In this document: positions 36,353 to 46,700 of the stretch, one piece after another | Layout of the letters: the number at the start of each line of letters is the position of its first letter | Position numbering within the stretch: position 1 is the first letter of the stretch | The notes under the pieces: generated by a model | What the model saw: the letters and a program-made list of their open reading frames with translations, nothing else | The model's database searches: none | Told to the model about the DNA's origin: nothing | Position numbers and translations under genes: made by a program | Source of the DNA: Bacteroidota bacterium | GTDB taxonomy: Bacteria > Bacteroidota > Bacteroidia > NS11-12g > UBA955 | NCBI GenBank assembly: GCA_963169345.1 | Contig: CAUJCT010000019.1 | Location: 105,366 to 169,365 of the forward strand | Reading direction: 5' to 3' | DNA: 64,000 nt

Positions 36353-38587
36353 TTGCCAAAGATTATGAAAAAGCAATTCCTAACATTAGTAATAACTCTT
36401 TTGTTTCACACAATAAATGCTCAAAATTTTGATTGGGGCTTTACACTCGGGACATCTCAAAGTGAGGAAGGTTCAAATGTAACCAGAGATGTAAATGGTA
36501 ATGTTTTTATCACTGGACCTTTATTAGGTACACTTGATTTTAACCCTGGTCCTGGAGTCAATAATTTGAGTCTATCAGGTCCTGCATCAATATTTATCGC
36601 AAAATATAATTCAAAAGGTACTTATCAATGGGCTAAAACATTACCTACAAATAACTATGTCATGGCTAAAGATATTGTTACTGATAAATATGGAAATGTG
36701 TATGTTTTAGGGCAGTCAACAGGTGTTATTGATCTTGACCCTGGTTCTGGAACTGTGCTTGATTCTGGATTTTTGTTTTTTATACTTAAATTGAATAGTT
36801 CAGGTCAATATGTTTCGTCTCATGTTTTTAAAACACAACTTCGTGAATTTAATGTTGACCAACTTTGTATGATTCAATTGGGGAAAAATGATAATATATA
36901 TTGTGTTATGAATTATTATCAGAAGATTGATTTGGACCCTGGTCCTGATTCTTTAATACTTGATTCAAAAGCCTTGAGCACATACGTAGTCAAACTTGAT
37001 TCTTCTGGAAGCTTATTATGGGGAGGGAAAATTACTGGAACAAGCGGTATCAATTATATTAATGGGATTGACTTAGATGATGAAGAAAATTTATATTTAA
37101 CCGGAGCATTTCAAACAACTAAGGATTTCGATCTTTTTGGTGGAAATTTAACAATGACTTCGAACGGTCAGTTGGATGCATTTGTGGTGAAATATAATAA
37201 AGATGGAAATCTTATTCATCGGTATTCCATGGGAACTGGTTTAGGTGATAGGGGACAAGCAATTAAAGTCTCTGGTGCCGACTTATATATAAGTGGAAAT
37301 TATACCGGAGGAGGGATTGATTTCGATCCAAGCTCTAGCAGTAAGTCACCTGGAGCGTCAGGTACAATTAATATGTTTTTATTAAAATGGGATACTGCAT
37401 TCAATTATAAGTGGGTTAAGAAAAATGAAGGGGATGCTCAAAATTTTTTAATAAGATATTTAGATGTTAATAGTTGGGGCAATATTACATTAATCGGAAC
37501 TACAGGTGGTATAAGCGTAGACATGGATTTTGACAGTACGAAATTTGCTTATATAAGTACATTTAAAAATTCTGCTTTTGCTTGTAAATATGATTCAAAA
37601 GGAGCTTTAATTTGGATGTCAAGTTTTACTGGAGGTACTAGTAATTCAGATATCAATGTACGAGATGCCTTTGAGGATAATTGGAATAGATTGAGTATTT
37701 GTGGGAATTTTCCATCAATGATCAATATTAATCCATCGGGGTCGACTTTTATAAATACAAATGGTTTCAAAGACATCTTTTTTACAAATCTTCAAAGTAA
37801 TACAACCTATGATACAGCTATTTCATTTTGTGATAGTGTCATTTCACCTAGCGGAAAGTATGTTTGGCTTAGTAGTGGTAAGTATAGCGATACTATACAA
37901 AATGTCAATGGAGGTGATAGTATATTCAGACCCAATTTGACAAATAGAACTCAGTATATGAGCAGTACTATATCAGTCTGTGGACAGTATAAATCACCTT
38001 CGGGGAAGCTATTTAAACAGTCAGGTACTTATTTTGACACAATACCAAACATATATGGCTGTTTCAATTTCCAGACCATCAACCTTACCGTATTGCCCAT
38101 AAGTTATTCAAGCTTAAAAGCTTCCGCTTGCGAATTATACATTTCACCTAGCGGGCGTTATAAATGGTATTCTGGAGGTATTTATACTGATACATTAAAG
38201 AATTATTTCGGATGCGATAGCGTGATTCTAATTGATCTTTCAATCAATAATCCTCAATACGCTTCTATCAAACAAACAGCATGTGGAACTTATACATCTC
38301 CAAGTGGTAAATATACCTATACCTACTCTTTGGTGTTTAAAGATACAATTTCTACGATTGCGGGATGTGATAGCATACTGACTGTCAATTTGACGATTTT
38401 ACCTACTGATAAAGCTGTAGTGCCCGTAAAGGCTTGTGGAACTTATGTTTCTCCAAGTGGCAAGTATATGTGGAACAATAGCGGCACCTATTTTGATACA
38501 CTTAATAATAGTTTCGGTTGCGACAGTATACTAGAAATCAGGCTTGAAATAAACAATTCAGTTTCATCCGTTCTGAATTTCAGCTAA
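36353..38587 (+). CDS. T9SS cargo adhesin-like protein, N-terminal part (SBBP beta-propeller repeats plus 6-7 Cys-containing ~45-aa modules), terminated by an in-frame TAA
   Basis: Signal peptide. DVNGNVFITG / DKYGNVYVLG / DEENLYLTG SBBP-like repeats. Repeated modules C(G/E)(T/L)Y.SPSGKY…G(C)DSI. The frame continues unbroken after TAA 38585-38587 into the next ORF. Confidence 0.6.
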   Translation: MPKIMKKQFLTLVITLLFHTINAQNFDWGFTLGTSQSEEGSNVTRDVNGNVFITGPLLGTLDFNPGPGVNNLSLSGPASIFIAKYNSKGTYQWAKTLPTNNYVMAKDIVTDKYGNVYVLGQSTGVIDLDPGSGTVLDSGFLFFILKLNSSGQYVSSHVFKTQLREFNVDQLCMIQLGKNDNIYCVMNYYQKIDLDPGPDSLILDSKALSTYVVKLDSSGSLLWGGKITGTSGINYINGIDLDDEENLYLTGAFQTTKDFDLFGGNLTMTSNGQLDAFVVKYNKDGNLIHRYSMGTGLGDRGQAIKVSGADLYISGNYTGGGIDFDPSSSSKSPGASGTINMFLLKWDTAFNYKWVKKNEGDAQNFLIRYLDVNSWGNITLIGTTGGISVDMDFDSTKFAYISTFKNSAFACKYDSKGALIWMSSFTGGTSNSDINVRDAFEDNWNRLSICGNFPSMININPSGSTFINTNGFKDIFFTNLQSNTTYDTAISFCDSVISPSGKYVWLSSGKYSDTIQNVNGGDSIFRPNLTNRTQYMSSTISVCGQYKSPSGKLFKQSGTYFDTIPNIYGCFNFQTINLTVLPISYSSLKASACELYISPSGRYKWYSGGIYTDTLKNYFGCDSVILIDLSINNPQYASIKQTACGTYTSPSGKYTYTYSLVFKDTISTIAGCDSILTVNLTILPTDKAVVPVKACGTYVSPSGKYMWNNSGTYFDTLNNSFGCDSILEIRLEINNSVSSVLNFS

Positions 38588-38701
38588 TGTTACGGAGAAA
38601 GTGTCATAGTCGGGAGCAAGTCATACTTCAAGCCGGGCAAATTTCTTGATACCCTTATTACTTTTAACGGATGTGACAGCTTTGTAGAGATTAATATTAA
38701 T

Positions 38702-39181
38702 GTGGCACCGCAAATCGATGTGAACATTGTCAAGGAAGGCAGAATTTTGAGAGCTGTCAAAGGATATGATAGTTATCAATGGCTGAAATGTTACAATGGG
38801 CAATATGCCTTGTTAAATGGCTTTAGCGAAGATTCTTTAAATGCGCCTGAATCTGGTCATTATGCTGTAGAGATTAGGCAGGCTACATGTATGGATAGCT
38901 CTATTTGTATAGAAGTCTTCGAGACCAATATATCAGACTTGAATATCAAGACAGTTCATTTTTACCCTAATCCAGCTGAATCCTTCGTTCATATTGAATC
39001 GGACAGAGTGATTGTGGGCGTTGAACTTATAGCTGCGGATGGTAGACGTTACGTGGTTGAAGTAATTCCAGGAATGTTACTTAATATAGAACTTGGAGAA
39101 TTTGAATCTGGGATTTACACTTTGGTGTTGCGATTGTCTGACAAAGAATTCATCATGAGACAACTTAGTGTTCTTAGGTAA
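38702..39181 (+). CDS. C-terminal continuation of the preceding gene carrying the T9SS C-terminal sorting domain (same reading frame, separated only by one TAA)
   Basis: 38588-38701 in the same frame encodes another repeat module (CYGESVIVGSKSYFKPGKFLDTLITFNGCDSFVEINI). The C-terminus VHFYPNPAESFVHIESDRV…GIYTLVLRLSDKEFIMRQLSVLR is a T9SS CTD. Confidence 0.55.
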   Translation: MAPQIDVNIVKEGRILRAVKGYDSYQWLKCYNGQYALLNGFSEDSLNAPESGHYAVEIRQATCMDSSICIEVFETNISDLNIKTVHFYPNPAESFVHIESDRVIVGVELIAADGRRYVVEVIPGMLLNIELGEFESGIYTLVLRLSDKEFIMRQLSVLR

Positions 39182-42103
39182 TCATCTTAAGAGTGTTATG
39201 CTCACCTTCTGACTCTGTATGCCTCCTCGTTTTGGGATGATGAAGATGACGCATATATAAACTCCCTGCTCGCAATCTTCACCTTTATAGGTGCCGTCCC
39301 AGCCCTGGTTGACGTCCTCGCTGTAAAATACTCTCTCACCCCAGCGGTTGTATATCTCCATACGGTATTTGTTCACGAATGGAGTGACTTGTGGCTTGTA
39401 TACATCATTGACTCCATTGCCATCCGGTGAGAAGCAATCTGGAATTAACAGTCTTATTTCAGTGTAAAGTGTGCCAGTTTGCTTTATGGCAGTATCCTTG
39501 CACCCTTCGGAATTGGTAACGACCAAAGTAATCATTCTACTGTTGGTATCCTCGAAACCTATCGTCGGACTTTTCTCGGAACTTTCGGAAACTTGGTCAA
39601 ATATCCATTTCCATTGTTTGACCCCTACGCTAGAAAGGTCGTTCATCTGGAATTCTGCCGTGTTGAACTTGGTGTCAGGTAACCGGATATAACTGAAATT
39701 GGCTTCTGGTTTTGGATAAACTACGACTTGTTGATCCGTCGTATCCTTGCATCCAAAACTGTCTGTGACTATAAGTCTGACATTGTACTTGCCCTGACTT
39801 CCAAATTGATGAGATACTTGTTCGTTGGTTTCGAATCCCCCATCGTTAAAATCCCAATAAAAACTGTTATTACTTTTTGTTCCGAATGAACTGGAACTCT
39901 CAAGTCGAATTCTCTCTGGGAAACAGACCGTGTCCGAGCCAAACCTAGCAACAGGAGGTTCAAGAACGCGCAATGGTAATTGAGCAGTATCCTTGCATCC
40001 GTTTTCAGATTCTGTTTTTAATTTTATCAGGTAATCTCCAAAATTGGAGTAGCTGTAATTTAGGTTGTTGGATGTGAAGTTCTTGCCATCTCCAGTTTGC
40101 CAGTCAAATCCCAATAGATTAACTGTTGAGTCTAAAATGGAGACTTTTAAATTAAACAGATTTCCTTCCAGGCATTGTGTGTCCTTTAGTGGGTTGATGA
40201 TTTTGGTAACACCATACTTTTCAAGTAAAATGTCTTTTGATACCGTGTCCTTGCATCCAAATTTATTTGAAACGATTAATTTGAATATATGTTTGCCAAA
40301 TTCCTTGGTTATCCAATCATTGATTCCTTCAGCATTTCCAATTGAATCAGTATCATAATACCAAGTATAGTCCACCGAATCATAAGCTTTGATGGTCTGG
40401 TCTGTAAGGTTGAAGCTGTTTGAATTTTGACATTGTGCACTGTCATTTATAGAGAATCTGGCAATCGGGTGCCTTAAGACTGCGATTTCCTTTTCTGTCG
40501 TGTCGGTACATGAGTGTTTCGAAAGTGCAATAAGCTTTACAGTGTAATCACCATAAGACAAATATCTATGTGTTGGGGATTTAGCGGTATCTTCTTGCAG
40601 GTCGCCAAAGTCCCACCGATAATTTAAATTTCCTGTTGATATTGTGGATGTATTCAGATAGTCAAATTGGTTGCCTTTGTAACATTGCGAATCTTTGTTT
40701 GTTTGAAAGAAAGCTACTGGATGCTCAGCAACCAGCACAGATTTCGAAATCGTGTCGTAACAATTGGTCAGGTATGAGTAGGCAATCAGTTGAACATTTT
40801 TGATGCCTGTATTTGAATAGTTGATGGTCTTTGTTGTCAATCCGATAGATGAATCTCCATTGCCATAATCCCAATAGTAGCTGAGCGTGTTCATCGCGCT
40901 GAACGTTGTCGCACTCGTAAAATCAAAGGAATTGCCGTTGAAGCACTGAATAGTGTCATTAATTGTAAACTGGGATATTGGTCGTTCAAGAAGACTGATA
41001 GGATGACTAGCTGAATCTCGACATCCATTTTCAGTTTCAACAACGTACCAAAGTGTATAATTATCGGATTTGTTAGGGTAGAATTTTGATGCGGGTTTGA
41101 AGGCTGTATCCTGAGTTCCATCCCCGAATTTCCATGTGCTCGACAATTTGCCGTATTTGAGTTTGGAGTTGTTTAGGATTTTAAATTCATTCTTTTGCCA
41201 GCATTGTGAATCGTTTGGTATGGTGAAATCTATGACAGGAAAAGCAAAAGTTATGGCAGGCTGAATTAAAGTATCTGAACAGCCGTTATCCGCCCAAGAT
41301 ACAAGCCTTACAGAAAAAGTATCCTCCGTTATAAACGAATGTGAAAACAAATTGGCTGTAGATGCAAACCCATCAGATAATTTCCAGTCAAGAAATAGGA
41401 TTGAATCATCGGTTGTCTCTGTCCTATCAATAAAATTGAACAGATTCTCTTTGAAACATTGCTTGTCTTTGTCGATGTCGAAGTTTGCTTTGGGGTTGGC
41501 TTTTATCATCACTGAATGATAAAAGGTGTCTTTGCATCCATTTGTGTTCTCAGTTTGGAGCCTTATCGATTTTTTACCAGAACTTGGGAATTTCAAATTT
41601 TCAATAGATAATGAAGTATCCGATACAAAGGTATCCAAATGCCAATGGAAACTTGACAGATTAGTGCCAGATAATCGGTTGGCCTGTATAGTGAAGTTGT
41701 TTTCATTCAGACATTGCGTGTCCTTGTTGATTGACAAGTTGAGTTCAGAATTCTCAAACACTTTGACTATTCTATCAGAAGTATCTGGACAACCGAAAAA
41801 ACTCTTGGTTATGAGTCTGATTTTAAATGTTCCCGAATCCTTGTATTGTTTAGTGCAAATCGTATCATTAGAGTTCGTTCCATCGCTAAAGTCCCAGCTT
41901 ACCATCCCTTTTTGGTCACCTAAAACTCTGCTAGTGTCAACGAGATAAAAAGCGCTTGTCCTTTGGCACATCACGGTATCTGAAATTGTAAATCCCGCAT
42001 ATACTTTAGGTTGCAACACAACGATGGTATCCTTGCCGACACAATTGGCGCTATCTGTAGCTTTCAGAATGTATTGTCCGGGCTTGTTGACAAAAATATT
42101 CAC
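39182..42103 (-). CDS. PKD-repeat surface protein with gliding-motility/T9SS type-B C-terminal domain, the C-terminal part of a split gene
   Basis: About 10 PKD-like ~85-aa modules (…GCKDT/GCSDT/GCRDS…). C-terminal CFSPDGNGVNDVYKP…YNRWGERVFYSEDVNQGWDGTYKG…GVYICVIF. It has no signal peptide of its own and begins at GTG directly after the upstream ORF's TAA in the same frame. Confidence 0.6.
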   Translation of the reverse strand: MNIFVNKPGQYILKATDSANCVGKDTIVVLQPKVYAGFTISDTVMCQRTSAFYLVDTSRVLGDQKGMVSWDFSDGTNSNDTICTKQYKDSGTFKIRLITKSFFGCPDTSDRIVKVFENSELNLSINKDTQCLNENNFTIQANRLSGTNLSSFHWHLDTFVSDTSLSIENLKFPSSGKKSIRLQTENTNGCKDTFYHSVMIKANPKANFDIDKDKQCFKENLFNFIDRTETTDDSILFLDWKLSDGFASTANLFSHSFITEDTFSVRLVSWADNGCSDTLIQPAITFAFPVIDFTIPNDSQCWQKNEFKILNNSKLKYGKLSSTWKFGDGTQDTAFKPASKFYPNKSDNYTLWYVVETENGCRDSASHPISLLERPISQFTINDTIQCFNGNSFDFTSATTFSAMNTLSYYWDYGNGDSSIGLTTKTINYSNTGIKNVQLIAYSYLTNCYDTISKSVLVAEHPVAFFQTNKDSQCYKGNQFDYLNTSTISTGNLNYRWDFGDLQEDTAKSPTHRYLSYGDYTVKLIALSKHSCTDTTEKEIAVLRHPIARFSINDSAQCQNSNSFNLTDQTIKAYDSVDYTWYYDTDSIGNAEGINDWITKEFGKHIFKLIVSNKFGCKDTVSKDILLEKYGVTKIINPLKDTQCLEGNLFNLKVSILDSTVNLLGFDWQTGDGKNFTSNNLNYSYSNFGDYLIKLKTESENGCKDTAQLPLRVLEPPVARFGSDTVCFPERIRLESSSSFGTKSNNSFYWDFNDGGFETNEQVSHQFGSQGKYNVRLIVTDSFGCKDTTDQQVVVYPKPEANFSYIRLPDTKFNTAEFQMNDLSSVGVKQWKWIFDQVSESSEKSPTIGFEDTNSRMITLVVTNSEGCKDTAIKQTGTLYTEIRLLIPDCFSPDGNGVNDVYKPQVTPFVNKYRMEIYNRWGERVFYSEDVNQGWDGTYKGEDCEQGVYICVIFIIPKRGGIQSQKVSITLLR

Positions 42104-43621
42104 TTAAGACTGACCAGTACTCCATTCATGTTTAGCAAAAGGCTTTCCTGGTCGCAAGATTAGAAAAATCTGATTGCAAAATGCTGTATCATTTCCCAAT
42201 ATTGGCTTTGGATCTTTAATTTCAATTTTCTTAACAAATGAGTCCTTGTATCCTGAATAAAAAAAGTAAGCCTTTACAGTATAATAACCAGCCTTAGTAT
42301 AGATATGCGTGGCACCATACTTGTTTTTTGATGAATTAAGAATTCCAGAAATGGTATCACCAAAATCCCAAACTGTTGAGTCTAGGTTCTCAGTTTTTGA
42401 CAAGGTAAATTGCGTTGTGTCGTTGTTGCAATTGCGCCAATAGTTAAAGATTCGTTTAATGAAAAAAGACTGAGTGAATGCTGGCAGTCCGAGCTGGGTC
42501 TTACCCTTGGCTAAGGTAATTTGACTCCTTACAAAGTTTACATTGGCAGCATTAGTATCCGGTTTGTTGATGCATGACAAGTATGTCACAATGAACTGGG
42601 ACATATAAATTTTATTATCTGGACCGAGCTGAAGACTTCCAAAAGTGCCGTTTATTACGCTATCAATTACAACCCTAGAATTTCTAAATGCGGTGCTAGA
42701 AGTGGCCAGCGCATTATATTGAACTAGCTTCGCCTGTCCATGATCCGTCAAGTACAAGTATTTACCATTCGGAGAAAACTCGGCACCGTAACCATATCGA
42801 AATGGGAATTTCCAAACATTACTGACTTGGCCTGTAGCGCTATTGAAATTACCAATTACTGCTGTATCCTTGTTGTAGTTCACTGCAACGAACTTTTTGC
42901 CGTTTCCCGAAACCTTTAAGGCTCCTATCATCGAATAACCACCGTTGATATAAAGTCCAGTCCTAGAGTATACTGGCGTAGTGTTTACACCCAATGAATT
43001 CACTTTGTATGCCGCTATGGAATCAGATTTGTATTTGTATGCAAGTATCCAAAATTCCCTACCGTTAGCATGACTAACGGCAGTCAGTTTCTCACAAACA
43101 GGCGTCAAAAGTTTCGTGTTTTTGGAACTCACAACAACATCACCTCTCCCAGAATCCAATCTCATATCAACGATACTGTATGTCATACCGTCATCACGCC
43201 CAAGATCCTGAACACAAAATATGAAATACAGGCTTGGACTATCAGGATATGGCACGATGATGGCGGATTGAGTAGAAGAAGCATTTCCTAATAAGTCGTA
43301 TCCATTAGGCATTTTCTTATGAATGCTGTCATACACATTTACACCGTCTGTATAAAAAAGCAATCTGCCAGTGCCAGTGCTTATTGAGGCACAACCTTCA
43401 TAAGTTTTCATGGCGCTGTTTGTCATGGAGGTAAGAGTCCCAGAATTGAAACTTATTGCCCCATATTCGCCAAAATACCAATTGTTGGCCTCTTTTTGAG
43501 CTTGTAAATTCACAGCGAATGCTAAAGCTAAAAAAAACACAAAATACTTTGAATAGCCAAACTCACACTTCTTATTATCAAGTGATTGAATTAACAATTG
43601 TATTTTCCATAAACACCGCAT
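42104..43621 (-). CDS. N-terminal part (signal peptide plus beta-rich domain) of the same split T9SS protein
   Basis: 505-aa ORF with a signal peptide (KYFVFFLALAFAVNLQAQ). Its stop TAA (42104-42106) abuts the GTG of the downstream ORF in frame. Confidence 0.6.
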   Translation of the reverse strand: MRCLWKIQLLIQSLDNKKCEFGYSKYFVFFLALAFAVNLQAQKEANNWYFGEYGAISFNSGTLTSMTNSAMKTYEGCASISTGTGRLLFYTDGVNVYDSIHKKMPNGYDLLGNASSTQSAIIVPYPDSPSLYFIFCVQDLGRDDGMTYSIVDMRLDSGRGDVVVSSKNTKLLTPVCEKLTAVSHANGREFWILAYKYKSDSIAAYKVNSLGVNTTPVYSRTGLYINGGYSMIGALKVSGNGKKFVAVNYNKDTAVIGNFNSATGQVSNVWKFPFRYGYGAEFSPNGKYLYLTDHGQAKLVQYNALATSSTAFRNSRVVIDSVINGTFGSLQLGPDNKIYMSQFIVTYLSCINKPDTNAANVNFVRSQITLAKGKTQLGLPAFTQSFFIKRIFNYWRNCNNDTTQFTLSKTENLDSTVWDFGDTISGILNSSKNKYGATHIYTKAGYYTVKAYFFYSGYKDSFVKKIEIKDPKPILGNDTAFCNQIFLILRPGKPFAKHEWSTGQS

Positions 43622-43775
43622 TAGGTTTTAGTTTTATATATCCGGGTTGACGGTTTTAAAAATCGAATTTAGGGTTTTTTTGTGAAATTATTGTAAATTA
43701 ATAGAGTGGGATGGTATATTTGGTAGGTAATCAGCGGATAATAACTCATTTTTTGAAGAATTAAATGAAAATTGC

Positions 43776-46700
43776 TTATTTAAATTGCGTTTTATCTATT
43801 GCAATAATGCATGAAGATATCATTTCATCAAGTGTATTTGAAAATTGACAGTTCTCAATTAGCCATTCAATTTGCTTACTTGATATTGTGACGTTTTTGT
43901 GCGAAAGGTCTTTAAGTGTGTAAATTTTTCTAACTCTTGATTTTTGGCCTTTTAATTTATCTAATTCTGGTATAAGTATTTCTAGCCAAAGATCTGCGAA
44001 TTGATCTAAGTCGACATAAAGATCATCTTCAGTTTCAGGATTAAATAAATTTAATAATTTTTCGGCATTTAATTTGTCTTTCCCTGAGAGTGAATTAACT
44101 TTTAAATTGTGATTTAATATATTTTCTCCTTGATTTAATGCTCTTCTTTTTTTCCATGGCAACAATTGCTTCTCTTGACTTCGTAGTTTTCTAATTATGT
44201 CCTTTAGCTTTTGTGAAGTATCAATTTCTTTCCAATTTCGTTGAACAATGGTTGTTTTTGACAAGTATGATTTAAGTAAATAAGTAATGTCAGAAAAATC
44301 TGTGTAACCTTTGTTATTTTCATCAATCAATAACCATTTTGGACTTTTTCGGGTACTTCCTCTAAAGGAAAAGAAACACCAATTTTTGTCGGTTTCAATA
44401 AAACTGATAGCTGTCTTAACGGTTGAATCAACATCTTTGTAAAGATCATAAATAGCATGGTCTATTAGTGCGCTTTCCCCTTCTATAAGGCCATATAAAT
44501 CTTGTGTGCTATCCCTTACGCCTTCCCATTCATAATCACTACTTGAATATTCTGTGTAAGCTTCAATAATATTTTGAGTACTCAAACTATTTTTGAGATA
44601 TTTCTCATAAATGACTTTAGGTATTCCTACATTGTTTCCAATTAAATCTTCTGTAAGCAATAAAGTGTCTATTATCCTTCTGTCGCCGTTTAAGGAGAAT
44701 TCTTCAGAATCATTTGGCCACATTACTGTAATTTCATTATGTTCGCAATCCATCCTTTCAATACGGCCAATACGCTGTTCAATAACCCTAAGTACGCTTG
44801 GCATGTCTAGTAAGATAAGACAGCTGGAATCTTGAAGATTAATCCCTTCAGACATAGCATCAGAACAAAAAGCAATCAACTTTTCTTTTGAATGATTTTC
44901 TAGTGAAAACAGCTTCATTACTTCGGTTCTGTCTTTGCTGTTATGTCCTGCTGCAACAATGGTTTTAAATTGGGGATTTCTTTCTTGAAGTAACTTGTTT
45001 AAGTAATCAAGTGTGATTACTGTTGAATCAAAAGCTAATATCTTGTTATGCTCTTCTAAAGCCTTAATAATGGTATCGATCTTACTAATTTCTCGATTTT
45101 TACTTAATTGATTTACAAGTCTTCCAATTTTTTCATATATTTCAATCTCTTTGTCACATGTAGTTTTATACAATGTCTCATCATATAACCAATGATAACT
45201 TTCTTGTAAAAGTCTTTTATCTATAAACATTTTAGGCACTATGTTTTTAAGTTTTTTTACCTTTCCAATCATATCACCTGATAAGTTTTTAGTAGAGTTT
45301 AGTCCAAATTCTTGATTAGCGGCATTTGTCCCATATAAGTATTCATGAATGGCACATTGGGAAGATCTCAATTTTACCCTAACCATATAGGCTGCTAATG
45401 CTGTTGCTGAAGTAAACCTTTGGTTAATATAATTAACCATTTCTTCATCTCCTTTAATAAAATTTGGGATTTTGATTCTTTGCAAATAATGAATTCCTTT
45501 CAATTTGGATGTCAATGTTGAAATTTGCATCCCAATTTTTTTGTCAGAGACTGTCTCATTAGTTTCATAAACGATTGAATTTGTTTTCGGGTACTTACAA
45601 ATATGCCCTAACCTATTAGTATATAATTTTGGAGATCGTTCAATCATTTTATTCAGTTCTTTTTTCGTTCGACGAACTATAAACTGATTCACATATTTTT
45701 TAAGTTGCTCAAGGTGCTGTTTGTTAATGCCCTTTTTTCTTTTCTTCCTTAACTCAAAATAAGTTTTTAAATCGTCGTCACTAAGGTTATCAATATCAAG
45801 AAGTTCAATTAATCTCAAAATATCATCTATTTTTTTATTGATGGGGGTTGCGGTTGACAAAATTACATTACATGAACCTTTTGGAATAATTGCTTTACTT
45901 CTTTTAGAATGAGGATGAAGGTAATTATGAGCTTCATCAATAACCAATATATCAGAACTATGGATAGCCTTTTGGATATTCCTTTGATTTTTATCCAAGC
46001 CAAGACTTAATTTCCCCATTGATTCAATTTTATTATAAAGCACAAAATGTTCCTGTTCTCTTTCCCAATTTTCAATAACAGTTTTAGGACAAATTATTAA
46101 CGCATTTGAACGATCCTTTCTACCATTTTCCCATAGCCAATGAAACAATGTATAAGCAAGAGCCGTAGCAAATTTAGTTTTCCCACTTCCTGTTGGGTCA
46201 GCTATTAGTACTCGTCCTTGATCTTGGATAATTTTCATTGCTCGCGCTATTCCCATTTTTTGAGAAGGCCACAATTTATGGGTTATTAAAGCTTGATAAA
46301 GAACAGGATAATCTTTCATCCATTTGCTTTCTAAAATTTCAGAAATCGCTCTGGCTAAAGCCTCTTGCCAGGTTGCTTCTTTGAATAATTTACTAAATAA
46401 TTCAATCAGGTGGTAGTTATAATCATCGGATATAGTATAATAATATTCAGCTATTCGTTTAATATCTGAATATTGCTCTTTTTCCTTTTTAGACGAAGAA
46501 CTTTGAATTCTAATGTTTGCTTCTGTTTGTAAAATAGTTCCTGATTTGCTAAAATTGGATGAACCCAATATGGCTGTTTCGTCACCTATATATATTTTTG
46601 CATGGAGTTTATCCCTTACTTTAAATTCTATACAATTATTATTGATTTTCTCAATAATATTAAGAACAGAACCACATAGTTTTAAACTAACATTTTGCTT

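Noticed and set aside
34713-43621. Genome-wide stop-codon reassignment (TAA/TAG read as sense) as the explanation for the three in-frame stops
   Set aside because: TAA and TAG clearly terminate most well-supported genes in the window (for example TAA at 7100-7102, 14291-14293 and 26465-26467, TAG at 6517-6519), so a recoded genetic code is not tenable. Point nonsense mutations or local read-through remain possible.
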